A stretch of 64,000 nt of DNA from an uncultured Verrucomicrobiota bacterium (GCA_964446585.1 CAYUPI010000005.1:12593-76592), one strand, 5' to 3'. Shown: positions 28,074 through 38,265, counted from the stretch's first letter. Notes: a model not told the origin generated them from the sequence alone. Made by a program: numbers and translations.

Positions 28074-28793
28074 TCAGGGGCGGCCCGGCCGTGAGGGTCT
28101 GAATTGTTTGAGCGGCTCAATGACTTTATATTCGGCAGGGATATCCGGGTTGAACAGCGATTCTTCCAGCTTCGGATTTAAGACAGGATTTATGAAGTCG
28201 TTCCGCATGGTCGAGCCGTCGGCGAACTGCAATTCGTTGGCCCGAAGCGAAAAATCTCGAATGTCAAATGCGACCTTGATTTCCGGCATCATGCGGCGTG
28301 CGCCGGGTGATCTGGGTTGCAAGTCGAGCTCGCAGGTTCCGTTCGTCAATGTCTGGGAGAGAACTTTCATGCGCGACGCCATCTCCGCCTCACTGCGCGG
28401 GAAGCCGGCCTCGAGCAGCGCCAGCGCGTCGCTCCATTGGCCGGTTTGTTCCCCGGTCAGTGGATACCGCTCGACACGCTTGAGCCGGGGATAAATCACA
28501 AGCATCTCGCGGGGCGCGCGCACCGCGATGGTCTGTGGAGGGTTGCCCAACTCCCAGCGGAAGCGGTTGGGAGCGGCGAACCAGACGTGACCGGTGGCGG
28601 TCAGCGGTTGGGTCAGCGACTTAAGCGTGCGGGTTTGAATGAACTCCGAGGACCAGGTTTGGATATTCGTTTGCGCTGCCAGCCAGGAACTGACGAGCGC
28701 GTTCGTATCGGCGGCTCGGCCTGAAGGTCTAAAGGCCACTAAACAGAACAAACCCAGCGACAGCGCTTTAAAATGGATCGCCTGGCTCCACAT
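28074..28793 (-). CDS. LolA-like outer-membrane lipoprotein carrier family protein (ApeL-like)
   Basis: ORF 28074..28970. The ATG at 28793 gives MWSQAIHFKALSLGLFCLVAFRPSGRAAD (signal peptide). LolA-like motifs follow: TWSSEFIQTRTLKSLTQPLTATGHVWFAAPNRFRWEL. The longer ORF would overlap the upstream gene. Confidence 0.75.
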   Translation of the reverse strand: MWSQAIHFKALSLGLFCLVAFRPSGRAADTNALVSSWLAAQTNIQTWSSEFIQTRTLKSLTQPLTATGHVWFAAPNRFRWELGNPPQTIAVRAPREMLVIYPRLKRVERYPLTGEQTGQWSDALALLEAGFPRSEAEMASRMKVLSQTLTNGTCELDLQPRSPGARRMMPEIKVAFDIRDFSLRANELQFADGSTMRNDFINPVLNPKLEESLFNPDIPAEYKVIEPLKQFRPSRPGRP

Positions 28794-28836
28794 GGTTCGT
28801 TCTATGAATAACCCTTTTCCCAACTTGCGAAAAGCA

Positions 28837-31800
28837 TCATTCGGCGGGCCAGATCGGGACGAACTGATACCACTGATCGAGGTGCTGACGAATGAGCGGC
28901 TCGAACGCGCGCAGGATGTCCTGGGCGAGCTGCTGGCGGGCCTGGCGATCGCGCAGGACGGCGCGGTCATAAGGGATCGCCGGCAAAACGTGAGCCGCGT
29001 ACGTCCGGGACGTCCGGGGCAGACACACGGGCAATAAAACGCACCCGGAGGCGCGGGCCAACTCAGCCGCCGCGATTGAGGCGTCGAAGCGTCTGCCGAA
29101 AAGCCTCACGCTGATCGGCGCCGTTGGCGGGGGACGATCCACCAGCAATGCGACCGTGGCGCCCCCTTCAAGGCGTTTGATGATCTGCAAAAACGCGAAT
29201 GGATCTTCACCCATCACAAGTGTCTCGACATTCCACCGTTGTCGCGCGACCTGGCGGAGCCGCGTAAAAGCCTCGGTCGGTTCCGGCAGCGTAATGACGT
29301 GCAGCGTCACGCCCCGACGGGCGAGCCACGGCACGCCAAATTCCCAATTGCCCAGATGGGCTGACAGCAACAAGACGCCGCGCTTTTGGCTGCGCGCCGC
29401 CTCAAAATGCTCCCAGCCCGTATTCTCACCCAACAGATCCTCGATGGGCAGTCCGGCCTCGTAGCGCCAGAGATCGACCAGCTTGACTGCAAATTGTTGA
29501 AACAGGTTGCGAGCACTTCGCCGGGCATGGTCAACATCACCGCCGCAGACAGGTAGAAAGTTTTGGATGACAATTTCACGCCGGCGCCTGGCGAGAAGCC
29601 AATAAAGATGCGCCAAAAACTGACCGAGGGCAGCGCAAAGTCTGGATGGTAAAACGCGCGCCAGCCAGAGCCCGAGGCGCCAGAGCTCGAAGCGGTAGAG
29701 CGTCGAAGGGGCCGGGGGGCGAGGGGCGAGGGGCGAGGGGCGAGGGGCGAAATCCAAGCGGCCATCGGGTCCAACGGGTCCAACGTAGGAGGGAGCCATC
29801 TTTTCACCACGTGCTGCTCGCGCGTGGCTCCGGTGCCACCAGACTGGCAGCAGAAAAATGGAGATGAGCATGTTTGCGCCGATGCCGACGGCGCAGACTC
29901 GGCCCAGGCTCCCCATGCCGGCATTGGTCGAGAAAGCCAGCGAGCCGAACCCGGCACAGGCGGTTCCGCCACAAAGCAGCAGCGCGCGACCCACAGAACG
30001 GTAGGCCATCTGCAAATCTCCCAGATGCCGGCGCAGGGCCAACTGCATGAAGATGCTGTAATCCACGCCCGTGCCAAGGATCAGCGGCACCGCCATTAGA
30101 TTAAGCAGGTTCCAGGACCAGCCCGCCAGCCGCATGACGGTAAGCAAACAGAGTCCGCTTAATGCAAGGACAGCGAGGCTGAGCAGAACTTCGGCCAGCC
30201 GCCGAAATGCCAGCCCGAGCGAAAGCAGAACCAGACAGACCATCGGCGCGAGGACCAGCCACATGTTGGTCTTGACGCGCGAGAAGATTGCGCCGCCGAG
30301 CAATTCCCAGCCCGAGAGCCACGCACCTTGCCGAAGCAATTCGGATTGGAGAATCGACAGACGTGATTCGTTTTCCCGCCCAGCATCCGTTAACCGCTCG
30401 ATTAGCCCGAGCGCAAACTGATTTGTCGCGCCACGTGCAGTTGCTTTTTCAAGTATCCATTGCACCACTTGATTCGACGGCAAGAAAACGCCAGACGTCT
30501 GACTGGCCTCGCGCCAGGTGTCGAGCATTTGTTCAGTAAGACCCAGTGCATTCTCCGTAAGTCCATTGGCCAGCGCGGCCTGTCTCAAGAGGCCGCGTTC
30601 GGCGACCAAGTGTCGAGCGCCGGCAAGATTCGCGGCCTGAAAATCCGGCCGTGGCCAAAGAGCGGTCGGCAGAGCAAAAGCGGTGATAAGATTGTTGGAT
30701 ACAGCGCCCTTGAGCACGAGTTCGACCGCGTCGAGGTGGTGTGCGACCTCGTCTTCGTTTCGGCCGCCGATAATAAGCCAAGCTGGGTCCCGGCCCTGGT
30801 TGAGCTCCTTCTTGATCTCATCCAGCGCGCCATACGCCAGGCTGTCGCGCGGGCGCAGAGAGTTCGCCGTCGGATCCACCAGGGGCAAACCGCGCAGCAG
30901 AACCAAGGTGGCGAGAATGAGTAAGGAAGCGGTAACGACAAAGACCAGCCGCGTCCGGCCGCGGCTAACGACAGTGCTCGAGACTGGCGCTTGGCTGCTC
31001 GCCTGTTCTGGCTGCCAGGATGCCCTCAGAGGCTCCTGCATGATCTTTTGTTCTCTTCTCTCGGGAAACAGCGGCGGGAGGAATTCGAAGATCATGATGC
31101 AAGCGGAAAGCCCAACGCCGAGCCCGACGAGCGTTCCAAGCTGGCCGAGACCGGGCAAGCCACCGAAATTGAGCACTAGAAACGCGCAGATGGTGGTGAC
31201 CGCCGCCCAAAAAATGCTTGGCGCAATCTCCGCCCGGATCTCGGGGATGCTCAGGTCCGGCTGGGCCAGCGCCTCCTGGTAGTGCACGACCGCATAGTCC
31301 ACCGCCAACCCCAGCAGAATCGCGGCAAAACCCATGCTCACGACATTGATTGTGCGAAAGATCAGCCCGCCCAGTGCCAGCGTGCTGCCCAGGATAAGCG
31401 CCAGCAGCGTCAGCAGCCAGAACATCGGTTTCAGGCGACGGTGAGCCAGCCAGAACAGACAGGCGATGATGAGCGCCGTGCCACCGACCGAGTTTCGAAC
31501 ATCGTGCTGCATTCCGCTGGCGACCTCAGCCACAAAGGCAGGACGTCCGGTATATCCGACCGCGACACTGGCCGGCGGTTGAACCTTTTTGATCTCTTCA
31601 AGCCATTGGTCGCACTCGCGGTAAGTGGGCAGGTCGCGGGCAGCCTTCACGTAAAGCACCCGGAACGTGCCGTCAGTTGAACTAAAAGCTTCCTGGCCCT
31701 GGGTGGAGCTCAGGCCGGGAGCTGCAGCAGCAATCTCTTCCGGCAGACGCGTCAGGCCGAAGGGATCGTATTGCAGCCGGGCGATCTCCTCGGGAGACAA

Positions 31801-32232
31801 CGTAGTCGCCAGTTGCTCGCGCGCATCGGCGATTACCGCCGGCAGCTTTTCCGGAGCGAGGCGATTGGTGAGCTGCTGGAAAAACGCTGGAGGCTGATTG
31901 AGCCACAGATAAGCCAGCAGCGCTCCGACCTGGCCAGGATGTTCGAGCCACGGCGGCTCCCAGGCAACACTGGCGACGAGATTAGTCTGCTCGCGCAAGC
32001 GTTCGGCAAGAGTGCGAGCCTCGTTCTCGGCTTGTTCCGCATCGGCCGCCCGCAATGTGATCAGCAATTCGCGCGCATTGGCAAAATGCTGCTGAAACAG
32101 CTTCAGCCCTTGCACGACCGGCAGATCGCCCGGAAGCAGATTAAAGACTTCGACATCGAACCGCAGGCGCGCCAGGCCGAGTGTTATCGGCAGGAGCAAC
32201 AGCAGCCATAACCAGCGTCCGGGGTGCTTCAT
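28837..32232 (-). CDS. Fusion protein: MMPL/RND-superfamily exporter (N-terminal ~820 aa) plus LpxL/HtrB-type lysophospholipid acyltransferase (C-terminal ~290 aa)
   Basis: 1131 aa. The N-terminus (MKHPGRWLWLLLLLPITLGLARLRFDVEVFNLLPGDLP) and two 6-TM bundles are typical of MMPL proteins. The C-terminus carries the acyltransferase motif LLLSAHLGNWEF plus ALLVDRPP. A Pro/Ala-rich linker (DFAPRPSPLAPRPPAPS) joins the two parts. Confidence 0.85.
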   Translation of the reverse strand: MKHPGRWLWLLLLLPITLGLARLRFDVEVFNLLPGDLPVVQGLKLFQQHFANARELLITLRAADAEQAENEARTLAERLREQTNLVASVAWEPPWLEHPGQVGALLAYLWLNQPPAFFQQLTNRLAPEKLPAVIADAREQLATTLSPEEIARLQYDPFGLTRLPEEIAAAAPGLSSTQGQEAFSSTDGTFRVLYVKAARDLPTYRECDQWLEEIKKVQPPASVAVGYTGRPAFVAEVASGMQHDVRNSVGGTALIIACLFWLAHRRLKPMFWLLTLLALILGSTLALGGLIFRTINVVSMGFAAILLGLAVDYAVVHYQEALAQPDLSIPEIRAEIAPSIFWAAVTTICAFLVLNFGGLPGLGQLGTLVGLGVGLSACIMIFEFLPPLFPERREQKIMQEPLRASWQPEQASSQAPVSSTVVSRGRTRLVFVVTASLLILATLVLLRGLPLVDPTANSLRPRDSLAYGALDEIKKELNQGRDPAWLIIGGRNEDEVAHHLDAVELVLKGAVSNNLITAFALPTALWPRPDFQAANLAGARHLVAERGLLRQAALANGLTENALGLTEQMLDTWREASQTSGVFLPSNQVVQWILEKATARGATNQFALGLIERLTDAGRENESRLSILQSELLRQGAWLSGWELLGGAIFSRVKTNMWLVLAPMVCLVLLSLGLAFRRLAEVLLSLAVLALSGLCLLTVMRLAGWSWNLLNLMAVPLILGTGVDYSIFMQLALRRHLGDLQMAYRSVGRALLLCGGTACAGFGSLAFSTNAGMGSLGRVCAVGIGANMLISIFLLPVWWHRSHARAARGEKMAPSYVGPVGPDGRLDFAPRPSPLAPRPPAPSTLYRFELWRLGLWLARVLPSRLCAALGQFLAHLYWLLARRRREIVIQNFLPVCGGDVDHARRSARNLFQQFAVKLVDLWRYEAGLPIEDLLGENTGWEHFEAARSQKRGVLLLSAHLGNWEFGVPWLARRGVTLHVITLPEPTEAFTRLRQVARQRWNVETLVMGEDPFAFLQIIKRLEGGATVALLVDRPPPTAPISVRLFGRRFDASIAAAELARASGCVLLPVCLPRTSRTYAAHVLPAIPYDRAVLRDRQARQQLAQDILRAFEPLIRQHLDQWYQFVPIWPAE
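29721..29748. repeat. Heptanucleotide tandem repeat (GAGGGGC)x4 inside the MMPL-acyltransferase linker
   Basis: Four perfect gaggggc units lie at 29721-29748, preceded by ggggccggggggc. They encode APRPSPLAPRP on the minus strand. The unit length is not a multiple of 3. Confidence 0.9.
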
Positions 32233-32304
32233 GCAGGTCTCATTCTGCTCTTGCTCTTAATCCTGACCGTAATCGTAATCTTCCGCTCCCTGTTTAGAAC
32301 GTGA

Positions 32305-32916
32305 TTACCGCCCCGTCCCGGCCGGACCAACTGAACTGTCCAAAAAGTAACCCGCCAGGGATTCTCCGTTTCCGCGATTCATAAGTGACCAACTGCCCTC
32401 ATTCACTTGCCACGACCACTGCTTCGGAACCGGGCCATCCGCCAGCGCTCGAGCCAGGCAAAACCAAATGATGCCTTCGGGCGGCTTGCCGTAGCGGGTG
32501 TACGTTTCATTCTGGGCCGGCGATTGGATTTGCCACTTCTGGGCGGACAGTTGCGCGATGACCAGCGGGAAGGGCGTCTTGGTGAACTGGACAAAGGCGT
32601 CGCCATTGGTCCGTGTACCGACCAGCAACTCCCCGGCAATTTCCGCTCCACCTCGCGCTCGGCGCCAGACCGCTTGGCCTTGACGGACGCTCCAGCCAGG
32701 TTCACCCAGGTTCGCTGCGGGAAGCGTTGGCAAGGTTCGACAGCCGCAACTGATTCCAAGAACAAGGCCGAGCAGTGCCTCCGAAAATCGCCTGGACCCG
32801 GGAACTGAACGCAAGTACCTGACGGACAAGAGATAACGAACGGGCCCTGGAACCTGGCTCTCAGATGGGTGAAATCTGCCCACCTTTTCGCGCCATGAAT
32901 TATTTTTGAACATCAT
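32305..32916 (-). CDS. Small hypothetical lipoprotein (in the position of the DUF3261/ApeN-type protein of aryl-polyene clusters; assignment tentative)
   Basis: ORF 32305..32973 with a lipobox-like ALLGLVLGISCGC. Possible starts are the ATG at 32916 or in-frame TTG codons closer to the signal peptide. It lies immediately upstream of, and is co-oriented with, the MMPL fusion gene. Confidence 0.55.
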   Translation of the reverse strand: MMFKNNSWREKVGRFHPSESQVPGPVRYLLSVRYLRSVPGSRRFSEALLGLVLGISCGCRTLPTLPAANLGEPGWSVRQGQAVWRRARGGAEIAGELLVGTRTNGDAFVQFTKTPFPLVIAQLSAQKWQIQSPAQNETYTRYGKPPEGIIWFCLARALADGPVPKQWSWQVNEGSWSLMNRGNGESLAGYFLDSSVGPAGTGR

Positions 32917-33072
32917 TTGCCGAAAACTAATCCAAAAATGCCGAAAACAGTCCGCCGAATTCTCGAAGAGCATTTGGCGGAATCGAAACCAAACACCTGA
33001 GAAACCAGTTTACAACTGAGCCAAAACTGGGTATCAGGACGGCTCGTTTCGTTCAGAAACGGAGCACTTAAT

Positions 33073-34032
33073 ATGATTAAGGTTCACAATTTGGCAAAAG
33101 CTTTCGGCACGAAGCGCGCCGTTGATGGCATTTCATTCACCGTCGAGCGCGGCGAGGTGCTGGGTTTCCTTGGTCCGAACGGAGCGGGCAAATCCACCAC
33201 CATGCGTATGATCACCGGGTTCATTCCGCCGACGGAAGGCACGGCTTCAATCGGCGGCTTCGATATCGTGGAACAGCCGATCGAAGCACGCCGGCTTCTC
33301 GGCTATTTGCCGGAAAATGCGCCGGCCTACATTGACATGACCGTTTTTGGGTTTTTGAATTTCGCGGCCGAAATCCGCGGCATGCGCGGCGAGACCAAAA
33401 CGAAGGCGGTGAATCGCGCCGTCGAAATGTGCTTTCTGGAATCAGTGCTGCACCAAAGCATCGAGACGTTGTCGAAAGGCTATCGGCACCGGACCTGTTT
33501 CGCGCAATCCATCATCCACGACCCGGACGTGCTGGTGCTGGACGAGCCAACGGATGGCCTGGACCCGAACCAAAAGCATGAAATTCGCGGTCTTATCCGG
33601 CGGATGGGCGAGAAGAAGGCCATCATCTTCTCGACTCATATTCTGGAAGAAGTCGATGCGGCCTGTTCGCGGGCGATCATCATCGATCGGGGGAAGATTG
33701 TCGCCAACGGAACGCCGACGCAGTTGCGCCAGAAATCCGAGTGGGCCGGCGCGGTGACCTTGAGAGTGAGCGGCATCAACGCCGTGGCGCTCAACCAGAA
33801 GCTGTCGCAGATCTCAGTGGTCAAACGCACGACAATTCTAAAAGAAGATTCAACCAGCGTCACCGCGCGCGTGTTCCCCCGGAGCGACGTCAACGGCAGC
33901 CTGGCCAGCAGCATCGCCGACGCCGCCCAGGGCTGGCGGATCGAAGAACTGCACACTGAAGAGGGTCGGCTCGATGAGGTCTTCCGCAGCATCACCATGC
34001 CGGACACCGTCACAGCCGCGGCCGCGAAATAA
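33073..34032 (+). CDS. ABC transporter ATP-binding protein (GldA-like, ABC-2 type)
   Basis: 319 aa with Walker A (GPNGAGKST), the signature motif (LSKGYRHR) and Walker B (VLVLDEPTDGLD). Confidence 0.9.
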   Translation: MIKVHNLAKAFGTKRAVDGISFTVERGEVLGFLGPNGAGKSTTMRMITGFIPPTEGTASIGGFDIVEQPIEARRLLGYLPENAPAYIDMTVFGFLNFAAEIRGMRGETKTKAVNRAVEMCFLESVLHQSIETLSKGYRHRTCFAQSIIHDPDVLVLDEPTDGLDPNQKHEIRGLIRRMGEKKAIIFSTHILEEVDAACSRAIIIDRGKIVANGTPTQLRQKSEWAGAVTLRVSGINAVALNQKLSQISVVKRTTILKEDSTSVTARVFPRSDVNGSLASSIADAAQGWRIEELHTEEGRLDEVFRSITMPDTVTAAAAK

Positions 34033-34048
34033 GTTAAAGGAGCCAAAT

Positions 34049-34795
34049 ATGAACGCCTGGGCAAATATCAAGACCGTCACCAAGCGCGAGCTGGTTGCTT
34101 ACTTTACGTCGCCGCTGGCATACGTCTTCATCGTCATCTTTCTGCTGCTGTGCGGTTTTTTCACCTTCATGGTCGGCGGCTTTTTCGAGCGTGGCGAGGC
34201 CTCGCTGGTGCGGCCGTTCTTCGACTGGCACCCGTGGTTCTACCTGTTCCTGGTGCCGGCCGTGGGGATGAGGTTGTGGGCGGAGGAACGGCGCGTCGGC
34301 ACACTGGAACTGTTGCTGACCATGCCGATCACCGCCTGGCAGGCGATTGTGGGAAAATTCCTGGCCTCGTGGTTGTTCCTGGCGCTGGCCCTGGTGATGA
34401 CGTTTCCGGTCTGGATCACGGTCAACTACCTCGGAAGCCCGGATAACGGAGTGATTCTTTGCGGCTACCTGGGCAGTTGGCTGATGGCGGGGGCCTACCT
34501 GGCGATCAGTTGCATCACATCGGCGATGACGCGCACTCAAGTGGTCAGCTTCATCATCGCGGTTGTCGTTTGCCTCTTCTTCATTCTGGCCGGATTTCCA
34601 CCGGTGATCAACATGCTCGAGAGCTGGGCGAAGCCATGGCTGGTGGACATGATCGCTTCATTCAGCGTGATTACGCATTTTGACGCATTCCAAAAGGGAG
34701 TGCTCGACTCGCGCGACGTGATTTTCTTTCTGTCGCTGATCGGCTTCTCACTGTTCGCGACCAGCGTGATCCTGCGCACGCACCGGGCGGGCTGA
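34049..34795 (+). CDS. ABC-2 type transporter permease (GldF-like)
   Basis: ATG at 34049 preceded by aaaggag. The product begins MNAWANIKTVTKRELVAYFTSPLAYVFIVIFLLLCGFF and has about six TM segments. Confidence 0.85.
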   Translation: MNAWANIKTVTKRELVAYFTSPLAYVFIVIFLLLCGFFTFMVGGFFERGEASLVRPFFDWHPWFYLFLVPAVGMRLWAEERRVGTLELLLTMPITAWQAIVGKFLASWLFLALALVMTFPVWITVNYLGSPDNGVILCGYLGSWLMAGAYLAISCITSAMTRTQVVSFIIAVVVCLFFILAGFPPVINMLESWAKPWLVDMIASFSVITHFDAFQKGVLDSRDVIFFLSLIGFSLFATSVILRTHRAG

Positions 34796-34810
34796 CGAAA
34801 GGAGTCTTTG

Positions 34811-36742
34811 ATGAAAAAGAAATCACTGGAAACAATTCTCTATTCTGCGGCCGGCATCGCCGCGATGGCCTTGATCGTCATCGCGTTCAATGTCATCACC
34901 GGGACTGTCAAGAAGCGTGTGGATCTGACGAAAGAGAAAGCCTATACGCTCTCGGCCGGCACCAGAGCGATCCTGGGCAAGCTCGATACCCAGGTGAAGG
35001 TGCGGTTTTACTGCACCCAAACCGAAAGCTCGACCCCGGATACGATCTATCTCAAAGGGTATGCTAAACGGGTCGAGGATTTGCTGACCGAATACAAACA
35101 GGCGGCCCATGGCAAATTGATTATCGAAAAGTACGATCCGCAACCCGACTCCGATGCGGAAGATTCGGCCCGGTTGGACGGAATTCAAGGCGAGACGCTC
35201 CGGAATGGGGACCGTTTCTATATGGGCCTGGCAGTCAGCCTGCTGGACGAGAAGCAGGCCATTCCGTTCCTCGATCCCAACAAGGAGCGTTTGCTGGAAT
35301 ACGATCTGTCCCGTGCGATTTCGCGGGTGGTCGCGCCGGAAAAACCAGTCGTCGGCATCATGAGTGCCATGCCGGTTTTTGGCATGCCTTCCAATCCGAT
35401 GATGATGCGCATGGGCCAGCAGGGCCAGCAGCCGTGGGTGATCGTCAACGAGCTGAAAAATGACTTCACCGTCAAGCGGGTCGCCATGGACGTGGACAAA
35501 ATCGACAGCGACATAAAAGTGCTCGTAGTGATTCATCCACGCGAGATTTCCGACAAGGCCCAGTATGCGATCGATCAGTTCCTCCTGCACGGCGGCAAGA
35601 TGATTGCTTTCCTCGATCCCTTGCCGATGGTCGATACCCGGGAACAGAACCAAATGCTCGGCAGCATCCCGAACAGCGGTTCCTCGCTGGATAAATTGCT
35701 TAAAGCCTGGGGGATTTCCATGGAGACGACGAAAGTCGTCGCGGACATGAACTTCAAAATGCAGATTGGCGGGCGCAATGGCCAACCGCAGGAAGCGCCG
35801 GCGGTGCTCTCAGTCACAACCGAGGGCATTAACCGGGACGATATCGTCACCAGCCAGATTGATAACCTTTGGCTGCCTTACGCGGGGGCCTTCTCCGGCA
35901 CACCGGTCGCGGGTTTGAAAGAGACCGTGTTGCTCAAAAGCACCACCGAATCGCAGCTTGTGGATGGGTTCATGGCGAATCTTTCCGGCGCGAACATCAT
36001 GAAAGAATTCAAACCGTCCGGAACTGCTTACAAGCTAGCCGTCCGATTGACTGGCAAGTTCAAGACCGCGTTCCCGAATGGCAAGCCGGAAGACAAAAAG
36101 GACGAGGACAAGAAGGATGGCGACAAAAAACCGGAGGAAAAGCCGGAGGAGAAAAAACCGGATGATTCCCTCAAGGAAAGCACGAAGGACACAACCGTGA
36201 TCCTGGTGGGCGACGCCGATATGCTGTTTGACAACGTTGCCTTGCGGCAGATCCAAACACCTTTTGGGAATTTGTCCCAGGCCATGAATGGCAACCTGAA
36301 CTTCGCCCAAAACGCCGTCGAACAATTGACCGGCGACAATAACCTGATTGGAGTGCGCAGCCGGGCGACCCAAAACCGTCCCTTCACGCGCATCAAGGCG
36401 ATGGAAACCAAGGCCAACGAGAAATTCCAGAGCGAGATCAAGCGCCTGGAGGACAGCGCGTCGGAAGCTCAACGCAAAATCAACGAGCTCCAGCAGCAGA
36501 AGAAAGACAAAGACCAGCGGTTTATTCTGTCTCCCGAACAAACGGCAGAACTGGCCAAGCTCCGCACGAATGAAGCTGAAACGCGCAAGCGACTCAAGCA
36601 GGTTCAAAAGGATTTTCGCAAAGAAATCGTCTCACTTCAGACCACGGTCAAATGGATGAACATTCTGGCCGTCCCGGCCGCCGTTACGGCCTCGGGCATT
36701 GTCATCGCGGTCGCGAAGCGCCGAAAAACCTCCGCCAAATGA
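34811..36742 (+). CDS. GldG-like ABC transporter auxiliary protein
   Basis: About 643 aa with N- and C-terminal TM anchors, a large extracytoplasmic domain, an internal K/E/D-rich low-complexity stretch (KPEDKKDEDKKDGDKKPEEKPEEKKPDD) and a coiled-coil segment. It sits after the ATPase and permease, as in gldAFG-type operons. Confidence 0.75.
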   Translation: MKKKSLETILYSAAGIAAMALIVIAFNVITGTVKKRVDLTKEKAYTLSAGTRAILGKLDTQVKVRFYCTQTESSTPDTIYLKGYAKRVEDLLTEYKQAAHGKLIIEKYDPQPDSDAEDSARLDGIQGETLRNGDRFYMGLAVSLLDEKQAIPFLDPNKERLLEYDLSRAISRVVAPEKPVVGIMSAMPVFGMPSNPMMMRMGQQGQQPWVIVNELKNDFTVKRVAMDVDKIDSDIKVLVVIHPREISDKAQYAIDQFLLHGGKMIAFLDPLPMVDTREQNQMLGSIPNSGSSLDKLLKAWGISMETTKVVADMNFKMQIGGRNGQPQEAPAVLSVTTEGINRDDIVTSQIDNLWLPYAGAFSGTPVAGLKETVLLKSTTESQLVDGFMANLSGANIMKEFKPSGTAYKLAVRLTGKFKTAFPNGKPEDKKDEDKKDGDKKPEEKPEEKKPDDSLKESTKDTTVILVGDADMLFDNVALRQIQTPFGNLSQAMNGNLNFAQNAVEQLTGDNNLIGVRSRATQNRPFTRIKAMETKANEKFQSEIKRLEDSASEAQRKINELQQQKKDKDQRFILSPEQTAELAKLRTNEAETRKRLKQVQKDFRKEIVSLQTTVKWMNILAVPAAVTASGIVIAVAKRRKTSAK

Positions 36743-38052
36743 ATCGGAAACAACTGGTGATTCTGTTAGTCCTGGTCGCGCTGCTGGGCGGCGCGGGACT
36801 GCTGATGGTCAAAAATCAAAATGCCTCCTGGAAAGGAACCAATCCTGCCCTGGGCAAAAAAGTGCTCGGTGATTTCCCCATCAATGATGTGGCGCATATC
36901 GTTTTGAAGCAGGGGACCAACGAACTAAATCTCGCGAAGAAAGATGTCTGGCGCGTGCGCGAGCGAAACAATTACCCTGCCAATTATTCCGAGATTAGCG
37001 ACTTCCTGCTTAAGGCCCGCGATTTGAAGATTGTTCAAAGCGAAAAGGCCGGACCTTCGCAAATGCAGCGATTGTCTCTGGTGCAGGGGCCTGGAACCAA
37101 CACCGCGCTGCTGGTGGACTTCAAGGATCAAAGCGATAAGACGATAAAGTCTCTGCTACTTGGCAAGAAACACATGCGCAAGTCCGACCGTCCATCACCA
37201 ATGGGCGAGATGGGTGACTTGGGCGACGATGGCTGGCCCGACGGCCGATACGTCAAGACCAGCGACTCGGATAACGTGACGCTGATCTCCGAGGCGCTCG
37301 CCAACATCGAGCCAAAGCCGGAACAGTGGCTGAATAAAGATTTCTTTAAGATTGAGAAAGTCCGATCAATCGCTGTTGCATTTCCGAACGCAACGAATTC
37401 CTGGAGGCTGACCCGCGAAACTGAAACCGGTGAGTGGAAGCTGGTCGAGCCCAAGCCGGGCGAACAATTGGATACGTCGAAAGCCTCGGGAGTGGTCAAC
37501 CCGCTCAATTCGCCGAGCTTTGTTGACCTGTCCACCTCCGCCAACCCGGAGGCCATGGAAAAGCCAACCGTCGCCACGATCGAAACGTTCGATAACTTTA
37601 TCTACACTCTCAAAGCCGGCCAGAAGACCAATGACAATTATGCACTAGCCGTGGCGGTGGCCGCGCAGCTCCCCAAAGAGCGAACTCCGGGCAAGGATGA
37701 AAAACCCGAGGACAAAGAGAAGCTCGACAAGGAATTCAAAGAAAAGCAGAAAAAGATGGAAGAGAAGCTGACGCAGGAAAAGGCCTACGAAAAATGGGTT
37801 TACCTGGTTTCAAGCTGGACAGTGGATCCGCTGCTGAAGGAACGCGCCCAGCTTTTGGTGGAAAAGAAAGAGGAGCCGAAGAAGGAAGAAAAGCCCGCAG
37901 CAGCAGAGGCCCCCTCTACCAACGCGCCGAAGCTGGACCTGAAGGCGCCAGCGCCGCGTGTCGCCCCGCCCGCTACGTCGCCCTCAAATGCGCCCGCCGC
38001 TCCCCCTGCGGCCCCGCCTGAGCAGCCCAAAAAGGACGACACGAAACCTTAG
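36739..38052 (+). CDS. DUF4340-like membrane-anchored protein
   Basis: The start overlaps the upstream stop in an ATGA arrangement. The product begins MNRKQLVILLVLVALLGGAGLLMV (N-terminal anchor) and ends in a Pro/Ala/Lys-rich tail. It is the typical fourth gene of GldG-type ABC operons. Confidence 0.7.
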   Translation: MNRKQLVILLVLVALLGGAGLLMVKNQNASWKGTNPALGKKVLGDFPINDVAHIVLKQGTNELNLAKKDVWRVRERNNYPANYSEISDFLLKARDLKIVQSEKAGPSQMQRLSLVQGPGTNTALLVDFKDQSDKTIKSLLLGKKHMRKSDRPSPMGEMGDLGDDGWPDGRYVKTSDSDNVTLISEALANIEPKPEQWLNKDFFKIEKVRSIAVAFPNATNSWRLTRETETGEWKLVEPKPGEQLDTSKASGVVNPLNSPSFVDLSTSANPEAMEKPTVATIETFDNFIYTLKAGQKTNDNYALAVAVAAQLPKERTPGKDEKPEDKEKLDKEFKEKQKKMEEKLTQEKAYEKWVYLVSSWTVDPLLKERAQLLVEKKEEPKKEEKPAAAEAPSTNAPKLDLKAPAPRVAPPATSPSNAPAAPPAAPPEQPKKDDTKP

Positions 38053-38111
38053 TCGGTCGATTCGGACAGCCGCTGCAGACATCCTTTCGCGGCTAGTGGC
38101 CTTCCTGCCCT

Positions 38112-38146
38112 TTGGACTGCGCGCCCTTTAGGCAACACGCCCTGAC
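38112..38146. repeat. Solo arm of the MITE family seen at 19856 and 22138
   Basis: The sequence ttggactgcgcgccctttaggcaacacgccctgac can be compared with ttggacctcgcgccatttgggcaacacgccctcac at 22340-22374. Confidence 0.7.
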
Positions 38147-38265
38147 TTCAGGGGCTGCGAACAATGAAATGTGCAGATTCGCGACGATTTCCCATGGCAC
38201 GGTTCATGCGCTCTCGCTGCGCCATGGTCTGGATATGACCAGACCGGTGTTGCGGGATAACAAGT

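Noticed and set aside
28794-28970. N-terminal 59-aa extension of the LolA-like ORF
   Set aside because: It would overlap the 3' end of the MMPL-acyltransferase gene by about 130 nt and is Ser/Arg-rich. The internal ATG at 28793 yields a proper signal peptide.
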